Source: a virus
IMG/VR virus record: IMGVR_UViG_3300020048_000039
Coordinates: 1 to 64,000 of that record
Reading direction: 5' to 3' (one strand)
Length of the DNA stretch: 64,000 bases
Below are positions 1-9,742 of this stretch, in pieces. The notes below the pieces were generated by a model. It was not told the origin of the DNA. It searched no databases and saw nothing but the letters and a program-made list of their open reading frames with translations. The position numbers were made by a program, and so were the translations under genes. Position 1 is the first letter of the stretch, and each line of letters starts with the position of its first letter.

Positions 1-134
1 AAATTTGAACACAAAAAAATGAAAAAAAAGAAAATCGGATATGAAAAAATCCAAAAAGTTAAAAATCTGGATTTATGAGCAAGATTAGCAGGCTTATAAT
101 AATAAAGACAAATCACCTTTTGCGTTTATTTTCA

Positions 135-142
135 GTATTTAT
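135..142 (+). promoter_or_regulatory. putative late promoter motif GTATTTAT
   Basis: Motif 51 bp upstream of the sheath ATG; recurs upstream of about 16 genes in the sense orientation. Confidence 0.6.
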
Positions 143-193
143 TGTAGAAAGCGAATTTAAAATAACAATAAAACGATAAATAAATAAAAAAAC

Positions 194-2983
194 ATGGCAG
201 AATTTGTATTCACCTCTCCCGGTGTAAAATTTAAAGAACTTGACCTTACATACGTAACACGTAATGTGGGCATAACAACATTAGGTGTTGTTGGCGAAAC
301 CCTTAAAGGACCTGCCTTCGAACCTGTATTTGTACAAGACAAAACTGAATATGCTAACAGGTTTGGTGGACAGAGTGTAAAGAGATTTGCTGATGGCAAT
401 CTTCAATATCAACTACCTTATGTAGCCAATTCTTACTTAGAAGAATCAAACCAATTATGGGTGACCAGAGTATTGGGTTTAAGTGGCTACGATGCTGGAA
501 CAGCATGGGCAGTTACATTAGATGCTGGTCTTGACCCTACAACTATTACTCAAGGTGCAACCACAACTGGATTAATCGCAACTTTTACCAATAATACTTA
601 TTTGGGTGTTACATTAAATGCAAGTGGTGATACAGGAGTAAGCTTCTCAGGATTCACCAAAACAGGTGCAACTGGTTTTAGGGGCATATCTCACTCATTT
701 GTTGTTACTGCCTATAATAGTACATATGGTAGTGGTACTACAAGTGGTAACTCAACTGTGTTTACAGGTACTGAATATTCAGCATATTCTAATATGGTAC
801 TTGCCATTGTTAGAAGTAGGGGATATACACATGATGTCGTAAATGCTCCACCAGTAAACATATTTAAGACCACAACTCTTAGTATATCTGGAAACACTAC
901 GATAGGTGGTATTGGTGACTTATATGGAACATTTAGACTTAATGCTTCAAGTGGTACAACAAAAGCTACTTATGTAGTTTCAATGAATCCAGATGCATCA
1001 AGCTTCTTACCAAACGTAATTGGTCTTGAGCCTACCGATAAATTAACTATGGTTTGGGTTGAGTCTACATATCCAGATTTAATCAAAAAACTTGACGGTG
1101 ATGGTGCTTCATATCCAACTGGATTAACTTCATTCGGCATAGCAGGTGTTTCATCTTATGCATATGGTGTTAATGATGACCTAATTATTTGCGATTCAAA
1201 TTTCTTCACCGACTATAAAACACAATTTAAAACTCCTGAAACTCCTTGGGTAGTATCACAGGTTAAAGGTAATGCAGTAAGCAGATTATTTAAGCTTATT
1301 AGTATTTCTGATGGTAATGCAGCTAACCAAGAAATTAAAATCACCATCCAAAATATCAATCCAATTACATTAGAATTTGACATTATTATTCGTAATTTCT
1401 ACGATACTGATGCAAATCCAAGTGTTTTGGAATCATTCACAAGATGCGGTTTACTTAAAGGTAATAACAACTACATCGGACAGCGTATTGGTACAACTGA
1501 TGGTGAATATGACCTTCAAAGTAAATATGTTATGGTCGAGCTTGCTCCTGAGTTAACTGTTGGAGATTTCCCTGCTGGTTTCGAAGGTTACTTATTTAAC
1601 AACTATGCTATGTCAGCCACAACTGGCGCATATGCTGGTGTTGCTCCTAAAATTTTCTACAAAACCAAATACGAAGATAACGAAAGAATTAAAAAAGTAT
1701 ATTTGGGTGTTTCTGAACTTGCGTATAACGCAGCAACATCAGTTGGCACTGGAATTAACCAGAATTTCTTTAACTTTAACGGACAAGTTGGAGGTAGTAG
1801 TCATGTTAAGACACATGGTTTCCATATGGATATTGATGCCTCTGGTGTAACATCATTTGGTTATTCATTTGACTGTGGTGATGGAGTCTTCCAAACTATT
1901 GGAGATGTTCAAGAACCAACAAATCCATATTATTTAATCTCAACAAGAAAATTCACATTTGCACCTGCAGGTGGTTTCGATGGTTGGAATGTTTATAGAT
2001 TAGGACGTTCATACGGTGATGATTTCCGTCAAAACGGTATATACGATGGCGTTGCTCCAAATGCAATTCCAAATAATGACTTCCAAGCATGGGAAGTTGG
2101 TATAGACACATTCTCAAATCCAGAAGAAGTAACAATCAACTTGTTCTCAACACCGGGTATTAACTGGTCAAACCAGAATATTTTGGTTCAAAATACAATC
2201 GAAATGATTGAGCAACAGAGAACAGATACATTATATGTAATCGATTCACCTGACGTATCAATAGATATTACAGTTGGTGATAATGGTAAAGCAGACGTGG
2301 TTGCATCAGCAGACATTGTTGACTTACTTGACACAGCAGATATCGATTCGAGTTACAGTTGTACATACTTCCCTTGGATTCAAATGAGAGATACTCAAAA
2401 CAACGTTAATGTTTATATTCCTGCAACTGGTGAAGTTGTAAGAGCAATGGCATACACTGACAACACTTCATTCCCTTGGTTCGCACCAGCAGGTTTAAAC
2501 CGTGGTGTAACCAACGCAAGAAAATCTAAGTACAAACTATCGCTTGAAGCCAGAGATATCCTCTACGCTGGTAGAATCAATCCTATGGCTGACTTTGCTG
2601 ACACTGGAACTGCTATCTTCGGACAGAAGACCTTACAGGTGAAAGAATCAGCACTTGATAGAATCAATGTACGTAGATTATTACTTCAAATCAAGGTTCT
2701 TATCGCTAACATCGCAATCAGACTTGTATTCGAACAGAACGACCAAACAACAATCGACCAGTTCTTGTCGAAATCAACACCTATTCTTGACACAATTAAA
2801 CGTGAAAGAGGTTTATATGATTTCAGAATCAAAATGGACGATAGCAATAATACAGTTGAAACTCGTGATAGAAATGAACTTTACGGTGAAATTTTCTTAA
2901 AACCAACACGTGCTGTCGAGTTTATTGGTATCACATTTACAATCACACCATCGGGTGCATCATTTGCAGACGTTGGAGCATAA
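194..2983 (+). CDS. contractile tail sheath protein (gp18-like)
   Basis: N-terminal FTSPGV; C-terminal WFAPAGLNRG, INP, GQKTLQ...SALDRINVRRLL and IFLKPTRAVEFI sheath motifs; precedes the tube gene. Confidence 0.97.
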   Translation: MAEFVFTSPGVKFKELDLTYVTRNVGITTLGVVGETLKGPAFEPVFVQDKTEYANRFGGQSVKRFADGNLQYQLPYVANSYLEESNQLWVTRVLGLSGYDAGTAWAVTLDAGLDPTTITQGATTTGLIATFTNNTYLGVTLNASGDTGVSFSGFTKTGATGFRGISHSFVVTAYNSTYGSGTTSGNSTVFTGTEYSAYSNMVLAIVRSRGYTHDVVNAPPVNIFKTTTLSISGNTTIGGIGDLYGTFRLNASSGTTKATYVVSMNPDASSFLPNVIGLEPTDKLTMVWVESTYPDLIKKLDGDGASYPTGLTSFGIAGVSSYAYGVNDDLIICDSNFFTDYKTQFKTPETPWVVSQVKGNAVSRLFKLISISDGNAANQEIKITIQNINPITLEFDIIIRNFYDTDANPSVLESFTRCGLLKGNNNYIGQRIGTTDGEYDLQSKYVMVELAPELTVGDFPAGFEGYLFNNYAMSATTGAYAGVAPKIFYKTKYEDNERIKKVYLGVSELAYNAATSVGTGINQNFFNFNGQVGGSSHVKTHGFHMDIDASGVTSFGYSFDCGDGVFQTIGDVQEPTNPYYLISTRKFTFAPAGGFDGWNVYRLGRSYGDDFRQNGIYDGVAPNAIPNNDFQAWEVGIDTFSNPEEVTINLFSTPGINWSNQNILVQNTIEMIEQQRTDTLYVIDSPDVSIDITVGDNGKADVVASADIVDLLDTADIDSSYSCTYFPWIQMRDTQNNVNVYIPATGEVVRAMAYTDNTSFPWFAPAGLNRGVTNARKSKYKLSLEARDILYAGRINPMADFADTGTAIFGQKTLQVKESALDRINVRRLLLQIKVLIANIAIRLVFEQNDQTTIDQFLSKSTPILDTIKRERGLYDFRIKMDDSNNTVETRDRNELYGEIFLKPTRAVEFIGITFTITPSGASFADVGA

Positions 2984-2995
2984 ATAAAATAAATG

Positions 2996-3020
2996 AAAAC
3001 CCATCAAATTGGTGGGTTTT
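2996..3020 (+). terminator. intrinsic terminator hairpin
   Basis: AAAACCCATC-AAATT-GGTGGGTTTT just after the sheath stop. Confidence 0.7.
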
Positions 3021-3044
3021 CATTTAAAAGTTTTTAAATAGTAA

Positions 3045-3052
3045 GTATTTAT
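3045..3052 (+). promoter_or_regulatory. putative late promoter GTATTTAT
   Basis: Upstream of the tube ATG at 3099. Confidence 0.6.
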
Positions 3053-3098
3053 CATAAAACATAAAAAATAATTAAAACAAAATAAACAATTTAATAAC

Positions 3099-3590
3099 AT
3101 GGCAGGAGAAATGATTAGGGGTATCCCATTCGAATACGAACCAAAAAGAGTAAATAGATTCTTCGCAGAATTTGCAGATGAATTAGGTATTGAAGTGTGG
3201 AAGGTACAAAAATTTAAAAGACCTTCAATGAAGATAAATTCAGTCCCAATACCTTATATGAATGAACAAAATTATGTTGCAGGTAGATATACTTGGGATA
3301 CAATGTCTTTGACATTTCTCGACCCAATCGGTCCTTCAACATCACAACAACTCATGGAATGGGTTCGTCTACACGCAGAATCACTTACTGGTCGTATGGG
3401 TTATGCTGCGGGTTATAAGAAAAACATTTATTTGAAGGCACTTGACCCAACAGGTATCGAAGTTGAAAAGTGGTTCTTGGAACAATGTATGATTACATCA
3501 ATTGACTTTGGTGATAATGACTACGGAAATGACGAGTTAACCAACATAACACTTGAGATACAACCGTATAGGTGTATTTTAAACCTTTAA
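3099..3590 (+). CDS. tail tube protein (T4 gp19-like)
   Basis: YEPKRVNRF, YVAGRYTWDTMSLTF.DPIGPS..QQLMEW, VEKWFLEQC; directly after the sheath. Confidence 0.93.
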   Translation: MAGEMIRGIPFEYEPKRVNRFFAEFADELGIEVWKVQKFKRPSMKINSVPIPYMNEQNYVAGRYTWDTMSLTFLDPIGPSTSQQLMEWVRLHAESLTGRMGYAAGYKKNIYLKALDPTGIEVEKWFLEQCMITSIDFGDNDYGNDELTNITLEIQPYRCILNL

Positions 3591-3610
3591 GATTAGAAAT
3601 AGGAGAAAAG

Positions 3611-3640
3611 AAAAAAGCCACTATTATTGTGGCTTTTTTT
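3611..3640. terminator. bidirectional intrinsic terminator
   Basis: AAAAAAGCCAC-TATTATT-GTGGCTTTTTTT between convergent genes. Confidence 0.85.
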
Positions 3641-4433
3641 ATGCTGCTAATTCAGCTAATCTATGGTTGAGCATTACGTTTGCGTAGTATTCCCTGTTTT
3701 TGGTTTCGATAACTTGATAATTTTCGTTGTTGTGTGAAAACCAAACAACATATGATTTGCCAAGTTTAATGCCTGTATTTCTTTGTATAATTTGTTTATA
3801 CATTTCTAACTGTAGTGAATAGATTTCCAAGTCACAATCTTGAAGCATGTACAATTCTTCGGACAAATATCTTTCTTGTTCTTCCATTGTAAATGCTTTA
3901 TTTGTTTTATAATCCCAAATCTGAAATTCCTGTGCTTTTACATTCCAAAATATAATATCACACATTCCACCGACAAGAGATTGTTTATCATACATTACAA
4001 ATTCAGTCTTAACAGGAATTAATCTACCCTGTACATCATCATAGAATCTATCAACATGTTTTTTAGTTATGTCGTATTCTATTTTAATTGGGTCAAAGCC
4101 AAATTCTTCTAAAATTTGTTTCTTAGGATATTCGAAAATCTTGTTTTGAAACTTATTTTCGGCATAGTCGTGAATTGCCGAACCTTTCATTGTACCTTTC
4201 TTATTTATGAATCTCCAAGCTCGTTTAACTTCCATCTGGCTCACATTACCATAATAAGCAGCTTTGTTTGCAGACCAATATTCTTCATCAAAATCTTCTT
4301 GATACCTGTGAATCAGTGTAGTGACTGATATTAATGGTTTACCATCCACATAATACTTATGTGGTTCATCGAAGTATGTAACTTCGTTAAATGCAGTAAA
4401 TAACTCATTTGGTATGGGTACGTTCATTGTCAT
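3639..4433 (-). CDS. PD-(D/E)XK exonuclease (Cas4/RecB/YqaJ-like)
   Basis: ISVTTLI, GSAIH, GMCDII...IWDYKTNK and YSLQLEMY motifs. Confidence 0.85.
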   Translation of the reverse strand: MTMNVPIPNELFTAFNEVTYFDEPHKYYVDGKPLISVTTLIHRYQEDFDEEYWSANKAAYYGNVSQMEVKRAWRFINKKGTMKGSAIHDYAENKFQNKIFEYPKKQILEEFGFDPIKIEYDITKKHVDRFYDDVQGRLIPVKTEFVMYDKQSLVGGMCDIIFWNVKAQEFQIWDYKTNKAFTMEEQERYLSEELYMLQDCDLEIYSLQLEMYKQIIQRNTGIKLGKSYVVWFSHNNENYQVIETKNREYYANVMLNHRLAELAA

Positions 4434-4440
4434 AGGATGG

Positions 4441-4470
4441 CAAAGGTACTACAAATTTAGTTAATGACAA
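4441..4470 (-). promoter_or_regulatory. Bacteroidota housekeeping-sigma promoter (-33 TTG / -7 TACCTTTG)
   Basis: Minus-strand TTG-N19-TACCTTTG directly upstream of the exonuclease gene. Confidence 0.6.
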
Positions 4471-5347
4471 TGTTTTTATTATAAAGTGCTGTAAAATCTA
4501 ATTTTTCTAAGTCGGCAATAATTGCATTCTTATCTGCTGCAAGACCAGAATATCCATGAACGTGACCAATAATTGCATTTCTAAATATTTCCAATGCTTG
4601 TGCAATTACATCACCCCTTCCAATTGGGTGTCCTTGTTCGAACATTGCATCACGGTCTTTTTGTTGTACTCGTGCAGTTCTAAATTGTGGATTTCCTTGT
4701 TGAGCAATTAATGCAATTCTATCACTTGTAACAACAGTAGTGCTTTGATATGCCTTTGAAGTTGTTAATTGTTCATAAATCAAACTAATTTCAGCAGGAT
4801 TTTTGATGTTGAGCTTTAATATATTATCATTTTCGTGTTTACCTGCACGAATATGAACCTGATTATCAGTAAGTATTATATCTGTATTAACTTTCCCAAT
4901 AATTGCCACATCATTTATTAATGGAAATACGCCAACAGCATCAGGATATGTATTAATTGCTGGTTCTGGTACTGAAAACGCTAAATTAGTTGTTGAGAGT
5001 GCGGTAAATATTGAGTCAAGACCAATTTTTTGTGGTTGTGATATTACACTACCCTGCCAAAATCTGGCTCTTTCTGGATATTTTGTATTTTCAAGATATA
5101 TTCTCACAACTTCACCAACTTGTGGATATACGTGAAAAAATTTAGGTAAATTTGGATACGCCCAAGGCAAATCAGCATCATCGGTTCTATTGTCAAGACC
5201 TTGAACTCTTGCCTTAATTCTTCCACCATCTGTAGGGTCAACAATAGAAATGACCTCACCATAATAAATGCTTCTGGTGGGTTCAAGATTATTACTATCC
5301 CTTCTAAAAGGACTTGATGTTTGTAAATATGGTTTATCGTATGCCAT
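4457..5347 (-). CDS. baseplate central spike (gp5/VgrG-like OB-fold)
   Basis: YGEVISIVDPTDGGRIKARV...LPWA...PQVGEVV OB-fold motif; C-terminal HVHGY spike-tip motif. Confidence 0.8.
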   Translation of the reverse strand: MAYDKPYLQTSSPFRRDSNNLEPTRSIYYGEVISIVDPTDGGRIKARVQGLDNRTDDADLPWAYPNLPKFFHVYPQVGEVVRIYLENTKYPERARFWQGSVISQPQKIGLDSIFTALSTTNLAFSVPEPAINTYPDAVGVFPLINDVAIIGKVNTDIILTDNQVHIRAGKHENDNILKLNIKNPAEISLIYEQLTTSKAYQSTTVVTSDRIALIAQQGNPQFRTARVQQKDRDAMFEQGHPIGRGDVIAQALEIFRNAIIGHVHGYSGLAADKNAIIADLEKLDFTALYNKNIVIN

Positions 5348-5553
5348 TATCTGTTATTCATTTCTTCAATCAGGTCAATATAATTTTTTTCGAGTTCAGC
5401 AATTAACTTAAGCTTATTATTTATCAGTACTTCGAGACCATCTATCTCAAAAGTATGTGTAATAACTTCTGCTTTTAACTGCTCATGCTTTGTGTTGGTG
5501 TCGTTTACCATTTTAAGCAATTGTGTTGGTGTATATTGTGTTAGGTCTTCCAT
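5347..5553 (-). CDS. hypothetical coiled-coil protein
   Basis: 68-aa ORF translationally coupled to its neighbours. Confidence 0.7.
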   Translation of the reverse strand: MEDLTQYTPTQLLKMVNDTNTKHEQLKAEVITHTFEIDGLEVLINNKLKLIAELEKNYIDLIEEMNNR

Positions 5554-5960
5554 TATTGTATCACTCCATATCCTTTAGAAAATATAATTGTTGAGCCAAA
5601 TACTGAAACGGGTCCCGTAGGTGAAATACCTGCAGCAGTGAGAGTTATACCGGGTGGGATAGCAACAGTAATAATTGCTTCTGTCTGTAATGCTTTTACA
5701 ATCTCTTCAATTCTTATTCGTTCCATTAATTCATCAGCACTAATTTGACCAGATGGTAGAACACCGACAGTTAATCCAGCTTCTGATTTTCTGGCAATGA
5801 TACGTGATGCAATTTTTATTGGTGACAAGCCAGTACGCTGTGGCACACCAACTAAAATTAGTGGTGTAGGCACAGGAGGCGGTCCGCCTATAGATGAAAG
5901 ACTTAGCACCCTGCTAAAGCCTTCAATAATCGAATCAATATTACTAAAATCAATTGCCAT
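5553..5960 (-). CDS. hypothetical protein, possibly baseplate or spike-associated
   Basis: 135-aa ORF in the operon with the spike gene; function inferred from context only. Confidence 0.65.
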   Translation of the reverse strand: MAIDFSNIDSIIEGFSRVLSLSSIGGPPPVPTPLILVGVPQRTGLSPIKIASRIIARKSEAGLTVGVLPSGQISADELMERIRIEEIVKALQTEAIITVAIPPGITLTAAGISPTGPVSVFGSTIIFSKGYGVIQ

Positions 5961-5961
5961 A

Positions 5962-6138
5962 TTATTTCATTGCTTGTAATTTTTTAATGCTTATCCATTT
6001 CCAACCTAATAACCAATGTGTCATTAGTCTTCTAAACCAATTTGGTTTAATGGTTGCTGCTAATTGAGCACCATCTTTTGAGTTATCAATAAGATAAATA
6101 CCTACAATTTGTTTGTTAACTTTTTGGTCTACTATCAT
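5962..6138 (-). CDS. small hypothetical protein (58 aa, MIVDQKVNKQ...KPNWFRRLMTHWLLGWKW), not in the ORF track
   Basis: ATG at 6138, TAA at 5964-5962; fills the gap and abuts the next gene. Confidence 0.6.
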   Translation of the reverse strand: MIVDQKVNKQIVGIYLIDNSKDGAQLAATIKPNWFRRLMTHWLLGWKWISIKKLQAMK

Positions 6139-6180
6139 GACGTTTTTTATTTAAAATTTATGTTATTTTTTATGTTATTT

Positions 6181-7524
6181 TTATGGTGATGCTGCACTTA
6201 GTGCTTTTCCGACTTTAGTTCCAGTTGTTAAACTCTTCATTAGGTCTGAAAATTGTTTTATTTTTTCTTTTAATATTTTTTTTATTACTGGCGTTAACAA
6301 TTTTATCATATATCCAATAGCCACAAGAAATATATATTGTGCAACCATCATCAATATCTCTTTTACCATACAGTGAATAAAGACTTTAAATTGTTTCATA
6401 TACTCAGTTGCTGCTTTGCTTATAATTACACCATTATTCTGAAACGCATTCATTATTGTGAGCAACATTTTTATTTGTGGTTGTTGCGTTCCAGCATATA
6501 ACATTTGTTCAACAAATATATTAATAAGTCTTTGGAAAAATCCGTCCTTAATTGTTTCTATGTTTTCGGCAGTTGTTTCAGTATTACCAGTTGTGCTTTC
6601 AGGTATTGTTGCCTCAATTGCATTACCAATAGCATATGGGTCAGTTGAGCCAGAAATGAATGTATTGAGAGCTTGAAGCGATTCGAATGATAATGAAGCA
6701 GGCATTAAGCCACAACCTAAATCATAATTAACAATTCCTTGAGATAGTTCTAATGCTCTTGTTTGTAATTCTTCATAATCTTTTGGTAATATGACCATAG
6801 AATCATCACCATTCATTACTTGTTGTAATAACTTCTGAACTTCCAGTTCTTGTAGTATTTCTGCCTGTGTTTTTTTGCTTTTCGCCTTTAGTGTACCATA
6901 TATGCTATCCATAACATTGGTAACCAATTCATTGGAGTCAATTAATTGTGTGTTATTAATATACTCAGTAAATAAATCACCAATGTTGCCATTAAATCCG
7001 TTTGGCTTAATATTAAAAGAATCTGAATTTTCATTATATGCCACATCAATTTTTAACGTGCCGAATTCCATAGTTGCATTACCAATTTGTATTGACTTAT
7101 AAAACAAGTCTTTATCAACATCAAACGCCTTTTGATATTCTAATATTCCTACTTCTGATGTAGGGGCAGTTTTAAATTTACCAGTAACATCTATATCTTT
7201 AACTTTAATGGTTGCTCCATCATCAGTAAACCAACTTGGAGGTTGGTCGCCAGAATTTGATTGGGTAAATTGTTTAGTAAGAGCTTCTTTCATTTTAGTT
7301 TCACCACTGGCAACTAATTTTGTTACCATATTACCAACCAACTCTTTTAATTTGTCGCTACCAGCAACATTTTTTAGTGTATCAAGCAAAAATGGAACGA
7401 CATCCTTCTTATTGTTAATAGAAGGAAATACGTCAGTTGGATTAAATGGTTTATTTTGCTCCATGAATGAAGTATAAGAACCAACTGTGGTAAATATTTT
7501 TCTTTTGTCGTCTTTTAATGCCAT
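6181..7524 (-). CDS. hypothetical protein (447 aa), possibly virion-associated
   Basis: Long ORF coupled to the upstream gene; no motif recognised. Confidence 0.8.
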   Translation of the reverse strand: MALKDDKRKIFTTVGSYTSFMEQNKPFNPTDVFPSINNKKDVVPFLLDTLKNVAGSDKLKELVGNMVTKLVASGETKMKEALTKQFTQSNSGDQPPSWFTDDGATIKVKDIDVTGKFKTAPTSEVGILEYQKAFDVDKDLFYKSIQIGNATMEFGTLKIDVAYNENSDSFNIKPNGFNGNIGDLFTEYINNTQLIDSNELVTNVMDSIYGTLKAKSKKTQAEILQELEVQKLLQQVMNGDDSMVILPKDYEELQTRALELSQGIVNYDLGCGLMPASLSFESLQALNTFISGSTDPYAIGNAIEATIPESTTGNTETTAENIETIKDGFFQRLINIFVEQMLYAGTQQPQIKMLLTIMNAFQNNGVIISKAATEYMKQFKVFIHCMVKEILMMVAQYIFLVAIGYMIKLLTPVIKKILKEKIKQFSDLMKSLTTGTKVGKALSAASP

Positions 7525-7916
7525 TATTTGCCGTCTCTTTCTCTTTGTTTACGCTCAACCTCGTCTTTAACGATGTTGAGTAATTCATTTCTTTTTTCAG
7601 CAGTGATTTCTCCTGATTCTTGTGTTTTACCAGTATCATTACCACCAGCAGCACCATTCTTTTCGAACACCACTTCTTTTAGATATTTAAGAAGCATAAT
7701 TTTCTGGTCTTGGTTTTTAGCTTCGGCAGCAATAAGCTTAACGATTTGGTCACCAAGTGCAGCGATTTCACCACCTTCTTTAACTTTGGTCTCCCACTTA
7801 GTAAAGAGTCTGGTAATTTTAGCTTTGATGTTATGGGCATCGTCATAGACTTCTTGAAGTAGTTTATTTACACTATCTTCTGTAAATTGTAGTTTCTTTC
7901 TTTGAGGGCGTGGCAC
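7524..7916 (-). CDS. hypothetical helical protein
   Basis: 130-aa ORF downstream of a GTATTTAT motif. Confidence 0.8.
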   Translation of the reverse strand: MPRPQRKKLQFTEDSVNKLLQEVYDDAHNIKAKITRLFTKWETKVKEGGEIAALGDQIVKLIAAEAKNQDQKIMLLKYLKEVVFEKNGAAGGNDTGKTQESGEITAEKRNELLNIVKDEVERKQRERDGK

Positions 7917-7961
7917 GGTTAATAGGTTTTAATTCTTTTCTTGTTATTTATAATTCTACTA

Positions 7962-7969
7962 ATAAATAC
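7962..7969 (-). promoter_or_regulatory. putative late promoter GTATTTAT (minus strand)
   Basis: ATAAATAC on the plus strand, 45 bp upstream of the 7916 start; shows the motif follows gene orientation. Confidence 0.6.
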
Positions 7970-7975
7970 TATGAG

Positions 7976-8130
7976 TTATAATAGTTTTAGTACATGTGAA
8001 TTACCAATTAAATTGGTTTCAGAGGTCATAGACTCACCTAACAGTAACGCCTCACTCTGTTTTTGTTTAATGTCCAACTCAATTCCTGAACCAGACAGTA
8101 TTTTTAAGCCCTGTTTTTTTATGTTTATAC
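7976..8130 (-). ncRNA. predicted omega/reRNA of TnpB (scaffold overlapping the tnpB 3' end, guide about 7995-7976)
   Basis: Known TnpB architecture applied to the TTCAC right end; 5' limit is a guess. Confidence 0.4.
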
Positions 8131-9187
8131 TTGCATTAAAATCTCTGTCATGTACTGTTTTACAATCAGGACAAGTCCATTTTCTATCTTTTAGCGTTAA
8201 GTCTTGTTTAATATAATTACAAACATTACAGGTTTTGCTACTTGGAAAGAATCGGTCAATCTTAACTATTAACTTATCATTCCAATTAGCTTTATAATCA
8301 AGCATATTATAAAAGCTACCCAAACTAACGTCAGAAAATGCTTGTGCTAAACTATGATTCTTCATCATATTTTTTACAGCCAAATCCTCAATACAAATTA
8401 CATCGTGGTTTTTGATGATTTCTGTACTGACTTTATGTAAATAGTCTTTTCTGATATTAGTTACTTTTTCGTGTATTGTTGCAAGTTTTGACTTTTGTTT
8501 TAATCTGGAATTACTTCCTGTTTTTTTTTTAGATAATTGTCTTTGGTTATATTTTATTTTTTTTAAATTAGTTTTAAGTGCTTTAATGTTTTTATATACC
8601 TTACCATCCGAGAGTATTGCTAAGTCTTTTATTCCAGTATCAACACCAACTTTTGAGTTCGTTTTTTTTAATGGAGTATATTCTACTTCACAAGTGATAC
8701 TTACATAGTATTTCCCTGTTGTTGATTTTGATATTGTAGCAAAAAGAAGTTTGCCTTCAATTACTCTATGAACATTTATATTAATTCCATTTTTAAATTT
8801 TGGTATAAGGAGCTTATTGTTTTCAATATACACTGATTGCGGAATAGTAAAGCTTTGCTTATCATATTTTGATTTAAAACATGGAAACTTAGTTTGTTTT
8901 CTAAAAAATTTATTGTAAGCAGTATCTAAATTTCTAAGTGATGATTGTAAGCTTTGACTGTTAATTTCTTTTAACCAAAAAAAATCTTCATTTTTTTTTA
9001 GTAATGTTAAATCATTAGCATTATCATAATAGTTAAGTGATTTTTTTTCTTCAAGATAACTTTCTTTTCTACAATTTAGATAACGATTGAACACAAATCT
9101 ACAAGCTCCAAAATGCTTGGAGAATAGTACTTCCTGCTCATTATTTGGGAAAATTCTAAATTTATATGACCTATTAACTACTTTCAT
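7976..9187 (-). CDS. tnpB: RNA-guided endonuclease TnpB (IS200/IS605 family)
   Basis: N-terminal HTH (YKFRIFPN.EQ...FG.CRFVFN), RuvC-I VGVDTG, RuvC-II IEDLAV, zinc finger CNVC/CPDC, RuvC-III HDRDFNA; catalytic D-E-D intact. Confidence 0.96.
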   Translation of the reverse strand: MKVVNRSYKFRIFPNNEQEVLFSKHFGACRFVFNRYLNCRKESYLEEKKSLNYYDNANDLTLLKKNEDFFWLKEINSQSLQSSLRNLDTAYNKFFRKQTKFPCFKSKYDKQSFTIPQSVYIENNKLLIPKFKNGININVHRVIEGKLLFATISKSTTGKYYVSITCEVEYTPLKKTNSKVGVDTGIKDLAILSDGKVYKNIKALKTNLKKIKYNQRQLSKKKTGSNSRLKQKSKLATIHEKVTNIRKDYLHKVSTEIIKNHDVICIEDLAVKNMMKNHSLAQAFSDVSLGSFYNMLDYKANWNDKLIVKIDRFFPSSKTCNVCNYIKQDLTLKDRKWTCPDCKTVHDRDFNASINIKKQGLKILSGSGIELDIKQKQSEALLLGESMTSETNLIGNSHVLKLL

Positions 9188-9234
9188 CTATAACTAAATA
9201 CGCAAACTTTACAAAAAAAACATAATTTTGTAAA
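7996..9234 (-). mobile_element. non-autonomous TnpB-only IS200/IS605 (IS1341-like) element
   Basis: Right end hairpin ACCAAT-TTA-ATTGGT followed by AATTCAC ending at 7996; left subterminal hairpin TTTACAAAA/TTTTGTAAA at 9208-9234; no tnpA in the window; left boundary approximate. Confidence 0.65.
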
Positions 9235-9238
9235 ATAA

Positions 9239-9742
9239 TTATTTGGAAACAGGATTTAATAAAAAAACATCAATAATTCCATTATAGCCAAGTACTTCTG
9301 CTAACGGATATTGTAGTATTCCTTTATATGCTGGATTAGGGTCATGCAAAATATTATAGTCTTTATCAATAATAACGGCATGTGCTACATTATCTGCCCA
9401 TGTGAAGAGTTTTGGTGAGAATACCGAAGCAAGAAACAACCCATTAACACCCTGCTCTTTATATAGTTTTCCTTTGGTAATCATATGTGGCTTATGCCAC
9501 TTTGTTTTTTGAAAGCATTCAGATGTTGGATTCCATAACATACTGTGAACCTTATTATGTAGCATACCTTCATAATCATACCCTCTCGGTATCATGAACT
9601 CGTATAGTGGCTTAAACCATCCATCTTTATACTCAATAAAATTAGGTACTTCTTCGAGTTCTAAATCAAAAAGACTGGCAATTGCTGCTTGCATACAATT
9701 GCCATGTCCTTTATCTACTATTGTCTGAAAAACCTTTTTCAT
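9239..9742 (-). CDS. papain/C39-like peptidase-fold protein
   Basis: Q.....GNCMQAAIASL...VPNF and AHAVI...HDP give a candidate Cys/His dyad. Confidence 0.45.
   Translation of the reverse strand: MKKVFQTIVDKGHGNCMQAAIASLFDLELEEVPNFIEYKDGWFKPLYEFMIPRGYDYEGMLHNKVHSMLWNPTSECFQKTKWHKPHMITKGKLYKEQGVNGLFLASVFSPKLFTWADNVAHAVIIDKDYNILHDPNPAYKGILQYPLAEVLGYNGIIDVFLLNPVSK

Noticed and set aside
3639-4433. Cas4 indicating a CRISPR adaptation module
   Set aside because: No four-Cys Fe-S motif and no cas1, cas2 or array; a generic phage PD-(D/E)XK exonuclease.
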